A stretch of 64,000 nt of DNA from Callorhinchus milii (lineage: Eukaryota), in the NCBI RefSeq assembly GCF_018977255.1, contig NW_024704742.1:19656001-19720000 (forward strand), read 5' to 3'. The notes beneath the pieces are model-generated. The model saw only the letters and a program-made list of their open reading frames with translations. It was not told the origin of the DNA and made no database searches. The translations under genes were made by a program, and so were the position numbers. This document shows positions 38,778 to 51,323 of the stretch, piece after piece; within the stretch, counting starts at the first letter, position 1, and each line of letters begins with the position of its first letter.

Positions 38778-39332
38778 AGGGGAGGCAAGTGAGGGAGGGG
38801 GTGGGGGGGGGGGGAGGATGGGAAGGGAGGGAGGATGGGGAGGGGAGGATGGGAAGGCGGGAAGGGAGGAAAGGATGGAGGGGATTGAGGGATGGGAAGG
38901 GAGGAAAGGATGGGGGGAGGATGGGAAGGAGGGAAGGGAAGAAAGGATGGGGGGGAGGATGGGAAGGAGGAAGGGAGGAAAGGATGGAGGGGATTGAAGG
39001 ATGGGAGGGATGGGAAGGGAGGAAAGGATGGGGGAGGATGGGAAGGAGGAGGAAGGAAGAAAGGATGGGGGGGGAGGATGGGAAGGAGGGAAGGGAAGAA
39101 AGGATGGGGGGGGAGGATGGGAAGGAGGGAAGGGAGGAAAGGATGGAGGGGATTGAAGGGTGGGAGGGGAGGAAAGGATGGGAAGGGAGGAAAGGATGGG
39201 AAGGGAGGAAAGGATGTGGGGGAGGATGGGAAGAGGGAAGGGAGGAAAGGATGGAGGGGATTGAAGGAGGGAAGGGAGGAAAGAATGGGAGGGAGGGATG
39301 GGAAGGGGGAGGATGGGAAGGATGGGAGGGAG
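38778..39332 (+). repeat. Purine-rich minisatellite (GGATGGGAAGGGAGGAAA-like units)
   Basis: ~550 bp almost only G/A with recurring ggatgggaagg and ggaggaaaggat. Confidence 0.9.
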
Positions 39333-40021
39333 GCATTAGAGATAAGAGGGCAGAGAAGTAGGATTGGTGGAGGTTCATGTTGCTGCATAAACACTTTCAC
39401 TTTATTACTAGGGCCGAATGACCTGTTGTTTCGTTGGTGTAGATTCTGTATAAATCTGTGCAATTTTGATGATGGAATCTCAAAAGATTTCATATTTCTC
39501 AAAACGTGCTCCAATCCCATCACCCGAATTTTATTGTATTGGAATCTAACGTGGTCTGATTTCTCATGATCAGCCGGATAAAAAGCACAACATATTAAAA
39601 TGCTGTCTGTCCTATTATTCCAACTTGAGTTATCATTGTTCTACATAAATAGAGGGAGATTTCTCTTGACGTATACACAGAGATGCCTTAATTATAGATT
39701 TGTTTTAAATTCTCGTCTGTAATGGTACCTGTCTGTTGTAGAAATACATTTAAATGTAATCACATTGGGAAAAAAAAATCTTGCATGTGTCGAATTATTG
39801 ATGTATCTCACTACACTTAAGAGTTTAATTAGTTAAATGTCTATCTCTGATGGCTGCATTGGCTAAATGGTACTGTGCTAAGTATGCAGACCAAGATGGC
39901 AGGTTTAGTCCCTGGTTATCTCAGCTATGGCAGCACTTACAATGCTACAATTAGTCTCATGATCTGAGCTAGTGTACAGGGGGAAAATAATGTACAGGTC
40001 TTCACTTCGGATTATGTGCCA

Positions 40022-41458
40022 ATGAGGCGTGGGGACGGTTGTGATGAAGAACTGAGAACCATTGGTGTTTGGGCCTGCATTAGCCATGCTGAGCAGCCCC
40101 TCACAATCATGCTGCAAGGGGCAAGAGCAGGGAATAAACATCTAGATATGAACAACCTGCTGACATTCATTTCAAAAACATGTAGCCTATTAGAACACTT
40201 TATAAAATATTCAGGTACTCTAAATTTTCTCTAGATCACACACAAGACTTTCCATAACCAGAGTGATTAAAGGAAAGTTTTTTTAAAAAAATGGAACAGC
40301 TATAACTGAGAAGATACCCTTTAATTTGATGTCAAAGAAGCTCAATTTAACTCAATATCCATTACCATCTAGTATCAGTGATCCAGCTAACAATTATTCA
40401 GGCTCTCCTCAACTCATTCACTTTACCTTATAATGAAAACTTTCATCTTCAAATTTCTCTCCATAAATGCTTTCTCCTCCAGTTCCATTCTGATTGGAAA
40501 AGTCTCCTCCCTGGATCATGAACTTCTTTATAACTAAAAATAAAATTTGTTTAATGTATTGTCATTTTAAATTAGACAACAAACTCGTGACTGCAGAATC
40601 AAGTGATGCACTTACTCCTATGGAAAGGACAGCCTTTGAAGTGGAGTGGCTTTCCAGTTGTGGGTCCAATTCCTTTCTCTCCAGTGCATAATGCACGGAA
40701 GTTCTCAGCCGTTTTAGGGCAGACATCAGCAAACAGCTCCAGCACTAAGCGTCCAACTAAAAGAGACAAACCAATGTTTTGCACATTAAAAAGCAAATCA
40801 AATCAGCACAGTGCCCGTCCAGCTCAGAGCACCCTACCTTCTAGGATCTATCTCACATGTTTGAGAACATCTACAAATCTTACTGATGATCCAGACAAGC
40901 TGATCAACAATGTCGTGGATTACTCAGACCTGTTCAGCTTGGCATTTCGCCATGGAGTCACCAAACACTGGGCAACACTATTTACCTTCTTTCCCACTGC
41001 CTCCCCCCCACCCCCCCGATTTCATTAACTGAGCGCAGCATGAGATGGCATTAACAAGGGCTTTTATAGAATGAAGTAGATTTTAACCAATTGATTAACC
41101 AAAATCCAACGGAGACATCCAATCTCTCAATTGACAAAGTGAGTACAGCAAAGCTCTTCTTATGCTGTGAAAAGAAGGAATGGAGGCTCCAAGTTGCATG
41201 TCTCCCAGACACATCTACAGAAAAGTTGCCACAGTTTGTGGCAACCAAGCGTTATAGTGATGTCGTTTTTCTGATCCTGCGAATGTTGGCTTTTCCTATC
41301 ATTGTGAAGCAGAATTCACCAAGTGATGGATTGTTCACCCACAAATATGGAATGTGAGCTGGACTTAGTCAGCTTGTGAGACAGGTTTTACCTGACTGAT
41401 GATGTGTTGTTGCAATGGTAATCCTGCTCAGTTTCATTTTCAGACACCAACAGTCCAC
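40022..41458 (-). repeat. PPID: Near-identical copy of 37015-38446 carrying PPID exon 2 (40616-40756), exon 3 (40427-40533) and the 5' part of exon 4 (40022-40111)
   Basis: Direct sequence match at offset ~3006-3012 with few substitutions/indels; ends at the N gap. Confidence 0.95.
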
Positions 41459-41483
41459 NNNNNNNNNNNNNNNNNNNNNNNNN
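41459..41483. other. Assembly gap (25 N)
   Basis: Run of 25 n. Confidence 1.
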
Positions 41484-42845
41484 CTAGATTGACCTTTCAA
41501 ATAATGAATGATTATTCCAGAATACAGCTTCCAGTCCTGTTCTATTTGAGTATTGGGTTATGGTGGGGCTCAAACAAGTCAGGATTGTTTTATATAATAC
41601 ATTGTGCTTTCCTTCTGGGGTATGGTAACTTTGCATGACATTTCAAGCGCTGTGAGATTTGAAGTAAACCACTCTTGTTTGTCTCTAATTTGTGTGTGTG
41701 GGGGGTGGGTGGGGGGGGGGGCGAGGAGGGAGAGGGAAGGAAAGGGGGATTCTCTTCATCAAGTTATATTTTGTTTTGTTCTTCGCACAAGAATCTTGAG
41801 TGCTTGCACCATACTAGACCTTTCAGTGCATGAGATCATTTTTTTCTGTGTGAATGATGTAAAACGTTCCACTGGATGAGTACACAGAAATGATGGGTGA
41901 GACAAACACAGGATCAAAGCAGCACAATAACTTAAAAATGCTAACCATTCGTACATTTTCTCCCAGCCTGTCATGGGACAATCCACTGAAACAATTCCAA
42001 CAACACAGATGGTTATTGAACTTGCCAAAATGTTGAATAAATTTGAATACGTGATCCATAATGATGTTTACAGGTAACAGGAAAAGCAAGTAACTTCATC
42101 AAGGTGTGGTGGGCATTTTCTTCCAATATACAGCTGCACAAAAGCATCCAGATTATCATGACAATAGCCACACTGGATCCCAAACACCCATTCCCCTAAG
42201 GTCAGACACAGCAGCAAGTAGCAAATACTACAATTGCAAATGTGCAAATAGCACATTTGCACCCTAACTGGCTGGGAATCAGTAAAACTAAGTCAAACTG
42301 AGTGAGCAGAGAATTTAGTTACTGTGCCCTCCGTCTGTAAAATAATGAAATTGGTCATTATGTTATAGAAAAATGCCAATTCAGTGTCTAGTTAGTGACC
42401 ATTCCCCTATGCTAGATTGACCTTTCAAATAATGAATGATTATTCCAGAATACAGCTTCCAGTCCTGTTCTATTTGAGTATTGGGTTATGGTTGGGCTCA
42501 AACCAAAGTCAGGATTGTTTTTATAATAATACATTGTGCTTTCCCTTCTGGAATATGGTAACTTTGCATGACATTTCAAGCGCTGTGAGAATTTGAAGTA
42601 AAACCACTCTTGTTTGTCTCTAATTTGTGTGTGGGGGGTGGGGGGGGCGAGGAGGGAGAGGGAAGGAAAGGGGGATTCTCTTCATCAAGTTATATTTTGT
42701 TTTGTTCTTCGCACAAGAATCTTGAGTGCTTGCACCATACTAGACCTTTAGTGCATGAGATCATTTTTTTTCTGTGTGAATGATGTAAAACGTTCCACTG
42801 GATGAGTACACAGAAATGATGGGTGAGACAAACACAGGGATCAAA
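41484..42845 (+). repeat. ~435-bp direct duplication (41484-41918 and 42412-42845)
   Basis: Both copies run ctagattgacctttcaaat...gacaaacacagg(g)atcaaa; differences are mostly 1-bp indels. Confidence 0.92.
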
Positions 42846-45222
42846 TGCTAAGTATTCCTTGACTCATTACTGAGCTGGCATCATTCCACTTGCTGTATAA
42901 GGGGAAGAGTGCACTGCATGTTCTTACTCTGACAATAATATCATGCTGACAGAATTATGTCATTGCGTACTGTTTAACTTTGTACAGTACAGAGTGAATT
43001 TTTCTGTGTTGTAATGGTATAAAAGTAATTCTTACGTTGGGAGTTCTACTATATTCTGCTTGTGTGGTGTTAAACACTCTGGTTTCGCTACCCTGCGTGA
43101 GGGACACTATATAAATGCAAGTTGTTGTGTTGAAGCAGAACTACATTTCTCCTGGGTGCAGAGGTGGGAGAGGAAAAGTTTCTGTTCTTTGCCAGGTTGA
43201 GAGAACTGCCTAAATACGATACCTTCTTGCATCGCCTAGACTCTTTCGGTAGCTTTTTTTTTCCTTTATCCACTTCATGGAACCATGGGGTATAGTACCA
43301 TGGCCTCTGACACCCCACCAGTGGCTATTCACTTGTGAGCCTGGGCAGTGAATGTTCGACAGTGGAAGTCATCCTGTTCTTATCCAAAGTTCCCACGTGC
43401 ACTTTCCAGTATGGGTGACTGGATTTTGATCTAAAGTGGGAATCCTGGCTGTTCCCCACACCCTCTTCTCGGTCGGTGAGGGCTATTTTGGGCTAATGCC
43501 TTTGCTGAAGTCCCCCAGTTCAGCATAGGTCCATAATGGAAGTTGGTGCCAAGTCAGCCTGTACAAAATTTTGGACTTGAACTTTAAGAGCACCAGGGTG
43601 GCTGCTTCATTGTAAATTGCCCTGCATTGATCTCCCATCCAGGCATTCATTGACCAGAAAAGTCTTGAAATCTTCCGGATGACTATTGTTAGCAGCCATT
43701 TTGTCTGGATTGTGGGATCATGAACCGATTCACTTGCATTCAGGCAGCTATTCTAGAGGAGCAGCCCTAAAGTTAATAGAATATAATTTAATAGGTTTTA
43801 TTGTGCCTCCTCCCTGTAGTGTGGACAGTAGGAATGTATTCACTACTCACACTTCATGTGCAATTAATATCGCTGAACTTATCTGTCCAGCAAGAACGCC
43901 AACACGTGCTGGTTTACGTATCTTTTAAAATTCCTATTTGATTTTGCATCATACTCTAGCGAACCGTACACAAAACATTGATCAAACCCGCTATTGACTT
44001 GGAATGCAAATGTTGAAAAAACATAGTTGATTTAGGTCGTATCAATTCTTTTAAAATAATTGCATTACATTTTTTTTAAATGTTTGTTTTTGCCTTTTAT
44101 CCATAACTCTTCTGTTCATTTGGGATTTTCCACCCCTCCTCCTGCCTCTGTTTTTGAATCCTGTGGCCTAGAGGGTTGAGTAACTCACTCAAAAGCCTCT
44201 GTGGTGAGCATACTCTGAGGTGACTCTCCTTTCAGTCATTTTGTTTGTAGGAGAGAGGTTGACCAGTCTGCCCACACTGGAGTTAACGGAACCACTTTTT
44301 TTGAAAATATATATTTATTTGTAATGTAATATTTAGTACCACAGAAATCCAAAACAAACACAGCATTTTCTGATACAAAAAACATTCCATTGTTTTCGGT
44401 ACATTCCTACACCATACATAGGTTCTACACACATTTTTTGGGACGCTCCCATTAACACAGTCAGGAATCTCCCCTGTGTACACCATGTCCATGTGCGCGC
44501 CCGCACATTCCCTGATAAGGCACACTTGCTGCTTTCGGAAGGCTCCCTGATGTGCACAGTATGCACACACGTTTACCGTATACGTTATCGCACGGATAAC
44601 GAACCTCCTGATCCAAAAGTTCCTACAAATCTGGATAACCTGATCCAATAGAGTTGCTCCTGTATGATAATCAAATGCATTCAGCTATGCTGACAACAAG
44701 TTTGTCCATGCAGATTTGGCATGAAAGATATCATGAACTTCACACCCATAAATTAAGATTTGTTCTTAAAATACATTGGGAAATATTGTGAGTACCAGCA
44801 CTACTTCAATAATTGCACATTCAAGGCATAAATCTATGAATCTTTACATTTGTTATTCCTCTAGTTGTGGTAATCCTATGTACCAATCCCTGTGTTAATA
44901 CCCTGTGTTAATGTGTATAGATATTCCTAGGGAATTACTTTGGCTTGATACAAATTAGGGTATTAGAGCAAGTACCACAAGGTGAAGTACGATTTGCTAC
45001 TTAACCATAAATAGACAAACCTATTTAATTCATTGGTAATTTGAAATTTTGTGCATCTCATTTGGAACCAATGTAATGACAGCTGTTTTATCTTTGGGAA
45101 TAAATAAATATATGGAGAACTTGTACTTCAGTGAAAATGTTAATATTTCAAATCCATACAACGTGCAGAATGGGGATAGTGCTCTCGTCTTGGTGGAATA
45201 GGCGTAAGCGCTTTGAGACGTC

Positions 45223-45825
45223 AACAACAACAACAAGATTGCTTTTATAGAGCGCCTTTCACGTCGGGAGGACGTCCCAAGGCGCTGGACATTGGGTTGG
45301 GACCCGAGCAGGGGTGAAATGGTCAGGGTGAGGGGAGGGAAGGGAGGGAGCGAGGAGGGGGGAAATGGTCAGGGTGAGGGGAGGGAAGGGAGGGAGCGAG
45401 GAGGGGGTAGAGAGTCGAGAGGGGAGCTGAAGGCACGTTTGAAGAGAAAGGTTTTGAGACCGGCCTTGAAGGAGGAAAGGGAGGAGGCGGCGAAGGCACT
45501 GGGGGATAGAGTTCCAGAGCTTCGGGGCTGAGAGGCTGAAGGCCCGACCACCGATGGTAGGGCGGTTGGGGCGGGGGACGTGGAGCAGACCGGAGCCAGA
45601 GGAACGGCGGATACGGGCAGGTAGGTAGGGGGATAGTAAGTCGGAGAGGTAGGAGGGAGCAAGGCCGTGAATGGCCTTGTAGGTGAGGATGAGGATCTTT
45701 AATTCGATCCTCTGGGGGATGGGGAGCCAGTGGAGGCGAGCGAGGGTGGGAGTGATGTGGTTGCGAAGCCTGGTGCGGGACAGTACACGAGCTGCAGAGT
45801 TCTGAATGACCTGCAGCTTGTGGAG
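45223..45825 (-). mobile_element. Relatively intact L2 3' fragment inserted into a SINE tail
   Basis: CpG-rich; FKAGLKTFLFKRAF; (AAC)n on +; ~46-bp tandem duplication at 45316-45407. Confidence 0.87.
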
Positions 45826-47289
45826 GAGAAGACGTGAAAAGCACTATATCAAATGGAAGGATTATTATTATACTATATACTCGATAGTTAAAGACTTGAT
45901 ACAGTATATTAAGGCATTTAGCATGCTAGTAGGAAATGATATGATGGGAGTTCACAGCTATAATTTTGTGTCTCTTTGGGAAGTACCAAACAAATGATAC
46001 TGTAGGGTAGATGGTTTGCTGGGAAGGTGGGAATATTGGGATTGTTGTCTGTGCTTTCCTTGGATAAGCTAGGAACAAATCGCTTTTCAATCTTGTGTCT
46101 GAGATAGTACCTGATGGATGGGGAGGTGGAGAAAGAAATCTCTACCCCACTATTTCTCTCTTCTCTTTCTCCCACATTCGCCCACAAAACGCAGACCGCC
46201 ACATTACTTTGCAGTGTATCCTGTGATGTGCTTTGCAATGTCTCGATAATGTGATAAGTTGCTATATCCAATGCAAGGATTATTATAGTATAATCCTCCT
46301 TCCTCCCCCATCCCCCCCATGATGATTGATACTGTATGCTGTATCACGTTGGGTCCATGCCATTTTGTAGTGGATATGGTTTCATAAACTAGCCTCATCA
46401 TATGTCATTTGGAAATGTGAACGTCTGACTTTGGTAGATTTAAAGTTAATCTCATCAGTCATGGGATACGGTTTATACCCCATGTGGGCTGATCTGAAAT
46501 CCTATGCGAGTGCCAGCAGTGGATGGCATTTTATATCTCATGAATCTTATTCAGATAACATGTTCTCTTGTCAACATACAGAAGATAGGTCACAGTCTTT
46601 AGTAGAAATTGAATTTGAATGGTTCTGTTGGAGTCGCTGAAACTTTATCTTGAACTATGAGTATTTTCAACAAATGATAAGGCGCTGTATCAAATGCAAG
46701 GATTATTATTATTATGTTTGCATTGAAAATAACAAATCTGCGATGCCACCATGTTTGGAAAACCATTGCACTTTAGTTCATCTCCTGGTTAGCAATTTCT
46801 TGGAGACTCCTTCTCCTCAAGGGATCTCGTGCACAGAAGTGAAAGTTGGTTTGGAGTCTCATGACTTGCCTAGTGTGCCAAAACATCAAGGGAAATATAA
46901 CAGCCAAATGTAGATGCAAAAATGCTAGTATTCCAAAGACACTTTCAGTTTAAGTCAGGAAAATACTGCTATTGTTCATTTGTAAGTTCAGAACTGTATT
47001 GATGCATCAAAATATAGGCCTTATTGATTTGAAATTGAATTAATTTAAGTGCTTCGAGACGCTGTGTCACGTGATGGCCGCTATATAAATGCAAGTTGTT
47101 GTTAATAATGGCCAGAACTAAGTAGTATTTTTACATGACCAAAAACATTTTTTTTGCCAGCCTGGCTCATTATCTCTGAGTCACAAGGTGGTGTCACAAG
47201 CCCCAAGTCAGGACTTTGAATTTGCAGTCTCTGGGTTGTTCCAAAATGCAGTGCTGGGCCTGCATTGTTGGGGGTGCTGTCCTTCAGGT

Positions 47290-47597
47290 AATAATAATAA
47301 TCCTTGCATTTGATATAGCGCTTTTCACGTCTTCTAGACGTCCCAAAGCGCTTCACAGAATATACTGTAAAGTGAATTGACTGTATATTTGTGGGCGAAC
47401 GCGGCAGTCAATTGCGCACAGCAATGTCCCACAAACAGTCATGGATTGAAAATGACCAATTTATCATTGTTTTTGGTTTTGGAGGGATTATTATTAGGCT
47501 CTGTGTGGAGTAAGGAAACTTGCCCAAGGTTTCGCCCTCTGCCTGGAATTGGACTCAGGTCTCTCACTTGCAAAGCGAGTGCTCTAACCACTGAGCT
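47290..47597 (-). mobile_element. tRNA-Ala SINE nested in an older + strand Deu-SINE (~47160-47885)
   Basis: Deu-SINE text ggtgctgtccttcagg resumes as gttaaaccagg..ttcaggtggatg after the SINE. Confidence 0.82.
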
Positions 47598-49534
47598 AAT
47601 TGTTAAACCAGGATTCTGTCTGCTTGTTCAGGTGGATGTTGATTGCAAAACACTATTTGAAAAGAGAAGTTTCTCTTGGTATCCTGGCCACCAATCCCAC
47701 CCCCCCAAATAAAGTTCATCATTCACTTCTCGGCTGTTTGTGGAACATTGCTGTGTGCAAATTGCCTTCCACATTCACCATCAAAAATACACAGTCGCTA
47801 CAATTTACAGTAAAATCCTGCAAAGTGCTTTGAAGTGTCGTCCTGACATGATAGGTGCTAAAACAAGTGCAAGGATTATTATTATTTTATTTGTTTAAAA
47901 TGCTTTAACACATTGCATTGTATTGATGTATGTTTGCATTTTTGAAATCCATGTTGTGAAAGGTAAGGAAAGGACAGATAAATGAGCGAAGGTGCATTGT
48001 TATAGTGCCTTATCAGGTCAAAGTCTAAAAGTACCTCAAAAGTAATTACGGTCAAGTTTATTAGCTGTTTTCATAGACAAATGCAGCAGCTCTTTACACC
48101 AGCAAGGTCCCACAAACAGCCATGACGTGAATGAGCATTTAATCTGGAGAGTTGTTCGGCAGGATACAATACTTACCGAAAAAAAATTATACCTGTAAGG
48201 TTTCTGATCAGTGAGTGAACTGATGTGTCAAGCAAATTGCAGATTTTGAACATGTGGCGTCTTTAACTTCTACCTGAGCACAGACCGACCGAACCTACGT
48301 GTAATAATCCGGTTGTTCGTCGATTGGTGGATCGCTTTCCAGGGGTAATAAACCCTTCAAAAAAAAAAAAAAAAAAAAAAATCGATCAATCCACGAATGT
48401 TTGTGGGACGCTGCTCTGCGTAATTGTGTGATTGGCCGCCGCGTTTTGCCCACAAAATGTGCAGTCAATTTACTTTAAGCGCTTTGAGATATCTCAACAA
48501 CGTGATAAGGCGCTACACCAAATGCAAGGATTATTATTCATGTCTCATCCATCTGTCAAATGCTGGGACTAGAGATTAGACAAGCTCAAGTTCCAGCATG
48601 GGGTTTGAATCCCTGAACTTCTTACCCGCAGCATCCTCTAGTCCTGCCCAATGAGCCAAACGGGCAGCACAGGTTACGGTCCAGATTCTGCAGTGGATGC
48701 GAAAGAGCTGTGTGTTTGGGAATTAGTTTATAGCCTCTGTGTTTGAAGCAGCGTGTGTCATCTGAGGTGAAAATAGTCTTTGAACCACAACATCTTTATT
48801 GGCGTTGCAAAGATGATAAGGATATCTGATATAGTACTGACAGTTCATATTCCTGTCTGAGAGTTGTGTGTGGACAGATCCCAGGTTGTGCACGGCAGCA
48901 GTATGCTTGACATCTGCAGTGTAGTATTGGGGTTATTATGTGTTCGGGCCAATACTTTGAGGGTAAATCAGTACCTCTCGCTTGACCCGGTTTGTGTATT
49001 GCTAGAACACAAGGACCATGAAAGTGTTTCTCTAAATCCCTGAAATAAAAACCTGGATATTTTGCAGGGGTTCTTTGGTTGTTTGTTTTTTTGGGGGGGT
49101 GGGGGGCGGCGGGGCGGGAGGTTAGAGAAAGAATATCAAAGAGGGGGAAGAGAGAAGTAACAAAATAAAACCCCTGCGTCAATTAGGTGAACATAGTGTT
49201 TTGGAATATCCTGGAGGGGACGGGGGGGGAGGACACTTGCTGGACATTCACTCCCTTGCCCCCAACCAAAACTCACTATTCCCCCTGTTTACCAGTTTGC
49301 ATTAATACAAAGTGTATGTTACCTGTTGGTTTGAGTTTTTAAGTTTGAAGAGAAACTAACTTTTGAAATACTGTTGCTCACAGTCCCTGGGCTCTGCTTG
49401 ATAGCGTGCAGTTGTCCTTTGGTATCTAGGACAAACGAGCAAAAGATGAGCCCTGGCAACGTTGCTGCTTTATTTAGCCGGTCGCTTGCTTTGGAGCTGG
49501 AATGATGAGCACGTGTAAAGGGTATGGTCTAGAC

Positions 49535-50578
49535 CAGCGTGGCTCGTGGTCAACAGTGTGACGCACACCAGTCAAAATGCGACACAAGACACCGGTGTGA
49601 GTATCCAATTCCATACGATGCCAGTCAAAGACGTACATGCAGCAACAGCGAGGTCGTAGAGGAATCACTACAACAAAGACATTACATACGTGTGTACAGT
49701 AAAACGCACCTAACTCTTATCTTTATAAATCGTACAATCGCCTAAATCGTACATGCACTCGAGACCCATTCAGTTTCCGAACAAAACCACCTGGACTTCT
49801 TTGCGCTACTTGTATTAATCACCTCCTAACTCGTAACGACTCTCCCCAGCCCTCCGTCTCCTAACTCATAACACCACTGCCCCACACTCCATTACACTCC
49901 CGCACTTACCAGCTACGTTGAATCGCGAGAAATGACGTCCACACACGCACACTTACCGGCCGGGTGCATTGAATCGCGGGAAACGTAATCCTGATCGTAT
50001 GACGCACACGCCAAAGAATTTCATTCCCCCCCCCCCCCACCCCCGATTCCAATTTTTGGAAAATGCGCCTGCAAGACTCATTGAATCACGGGAAATGTGG
50101 TCTTGACACCCACACCGTATGGAACTTACTAGCTGCATTGAATTACGCAAGGCAGTGTCAATTATTGATTAAATCAGATTTTGTGAGACTTGTACAGTTT
50201 GCCTGCAAGTCTGGCTTCACACAAGTCGTGCGGTATTAAATGTTATTGTCCTGACTGATGCGCCTTATGGAAGATTTACTGTATACGTACTTTGAAAGCA
50301 CTGATTGTTTTCGAAAAGTCCACACTCAATTCAAACTTATAGCGATTGCGCAGTGATTAGTTACTTTTCAAATGTGGCTTGACGCTCACACGTGCAAGTT
50401 GCTGGTATTTAACTGACACGCATTTACATACAAAGCAAGTAGAGACTCGCACATATCTTTGTAAGCGAATTGTCAGTGGGAATTATCTGACACAAATGCT
50501 TTCTGCTGAGGAGGCTGTGAGCCACACCGAGACTCTTCATGAGCCACATCTGGCTCAATGCTCTATGATTCGACTCTG
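49535..50578. mobile_element. Non-autonomous hAT (Charlie-like) DNA transposon
   Basis: Perfect 8-bp TSD GTCTAGAC at 49527-49534 and 50579-50586; CAG..CTG termini; subterminal GTGGCTC/GAGCCAC motifs. Confidence 0.75.
49697..50281. mobile_element. Tc1/mariner (Tigger/pogo-like) element nested in the hAT
   Basis: TA|CAGTAAA...TTTACTG|TA termini. Confidence 0.5.
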
Positions 50579-50989
50579 GTCTAGACTGTAGACTTATAGT
50601 GGTGATTAGAAGAAGAGGAGCTATCTGAAGCCTCCATGCTGATATATTAGCTTAGCTGCCACGGAGCAGGACTAAACAGAACCCTACAGTGCGCTACAGG
50701 AGAGATAAGATTGCAACTTCGGAACATAGCACTGCGGTATATTTGAAACATGCCTTTTAGATTTACCATCTTGAATAGTTTGCCTGTCTGTATTCGCACA
50801 CAAATAATAGCCTTGTGGTTAATGGATTGCCAGGTGACTGGTGCCTGTTAAACTGTCCTCTTGTGGAGGTGGTGGGGGGTGTTGAGGGAGAGATGAAAAA
50901 TTGCTGAAACATAATCAGGAGAGGAACGGGAAGGGGAAACGGAGATTATGTGCACAAAAATTCATTGAATAGTTTTGATTGATCATCGT

Positions 50990-51323
50990 GGAGTCCTGTG
51001 GTGTATTGGTTCGAGCACACAGCTTCAGTTCCCAGGCAGGGCGAAACCTTAGGCAAGTTTCTTACTCTACACGCCTCTGTTTGCCCAGCAGTAAGTAGGA
51101 TTGGCAGATTGCTTTTCTGCAGGTAATCATCCCTTAAATATAAAAAAAATAACTTGGTCATTGATTCTAATGGCTGTTTGTGGGACACTGCTGTGCGCAA
51201 TTAGATGCTGTGTTTCGCCCACAGAATATACAGTGAATTCACTTTACAGTATATTCTGTGAAACGCTTTGAGACGTCTCAACACCTGATAAGGCACTATA
51301 TCAAATACAAGGAATATTATTAT
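50990..51323 (+). mobile_element. tRNA SINE (long-body subfamily)
   Basis: ggagtcctgtggtgtattggtt..ctgtttgcccagcagtaagtagga..tail. Confidence 0.78.

Noticed and set aside
38737..39569. Long ORFs of 195-252 aa on both strands
   Set aside because: Produced by the stop-poor G/A minisatellite; low-complexity translations
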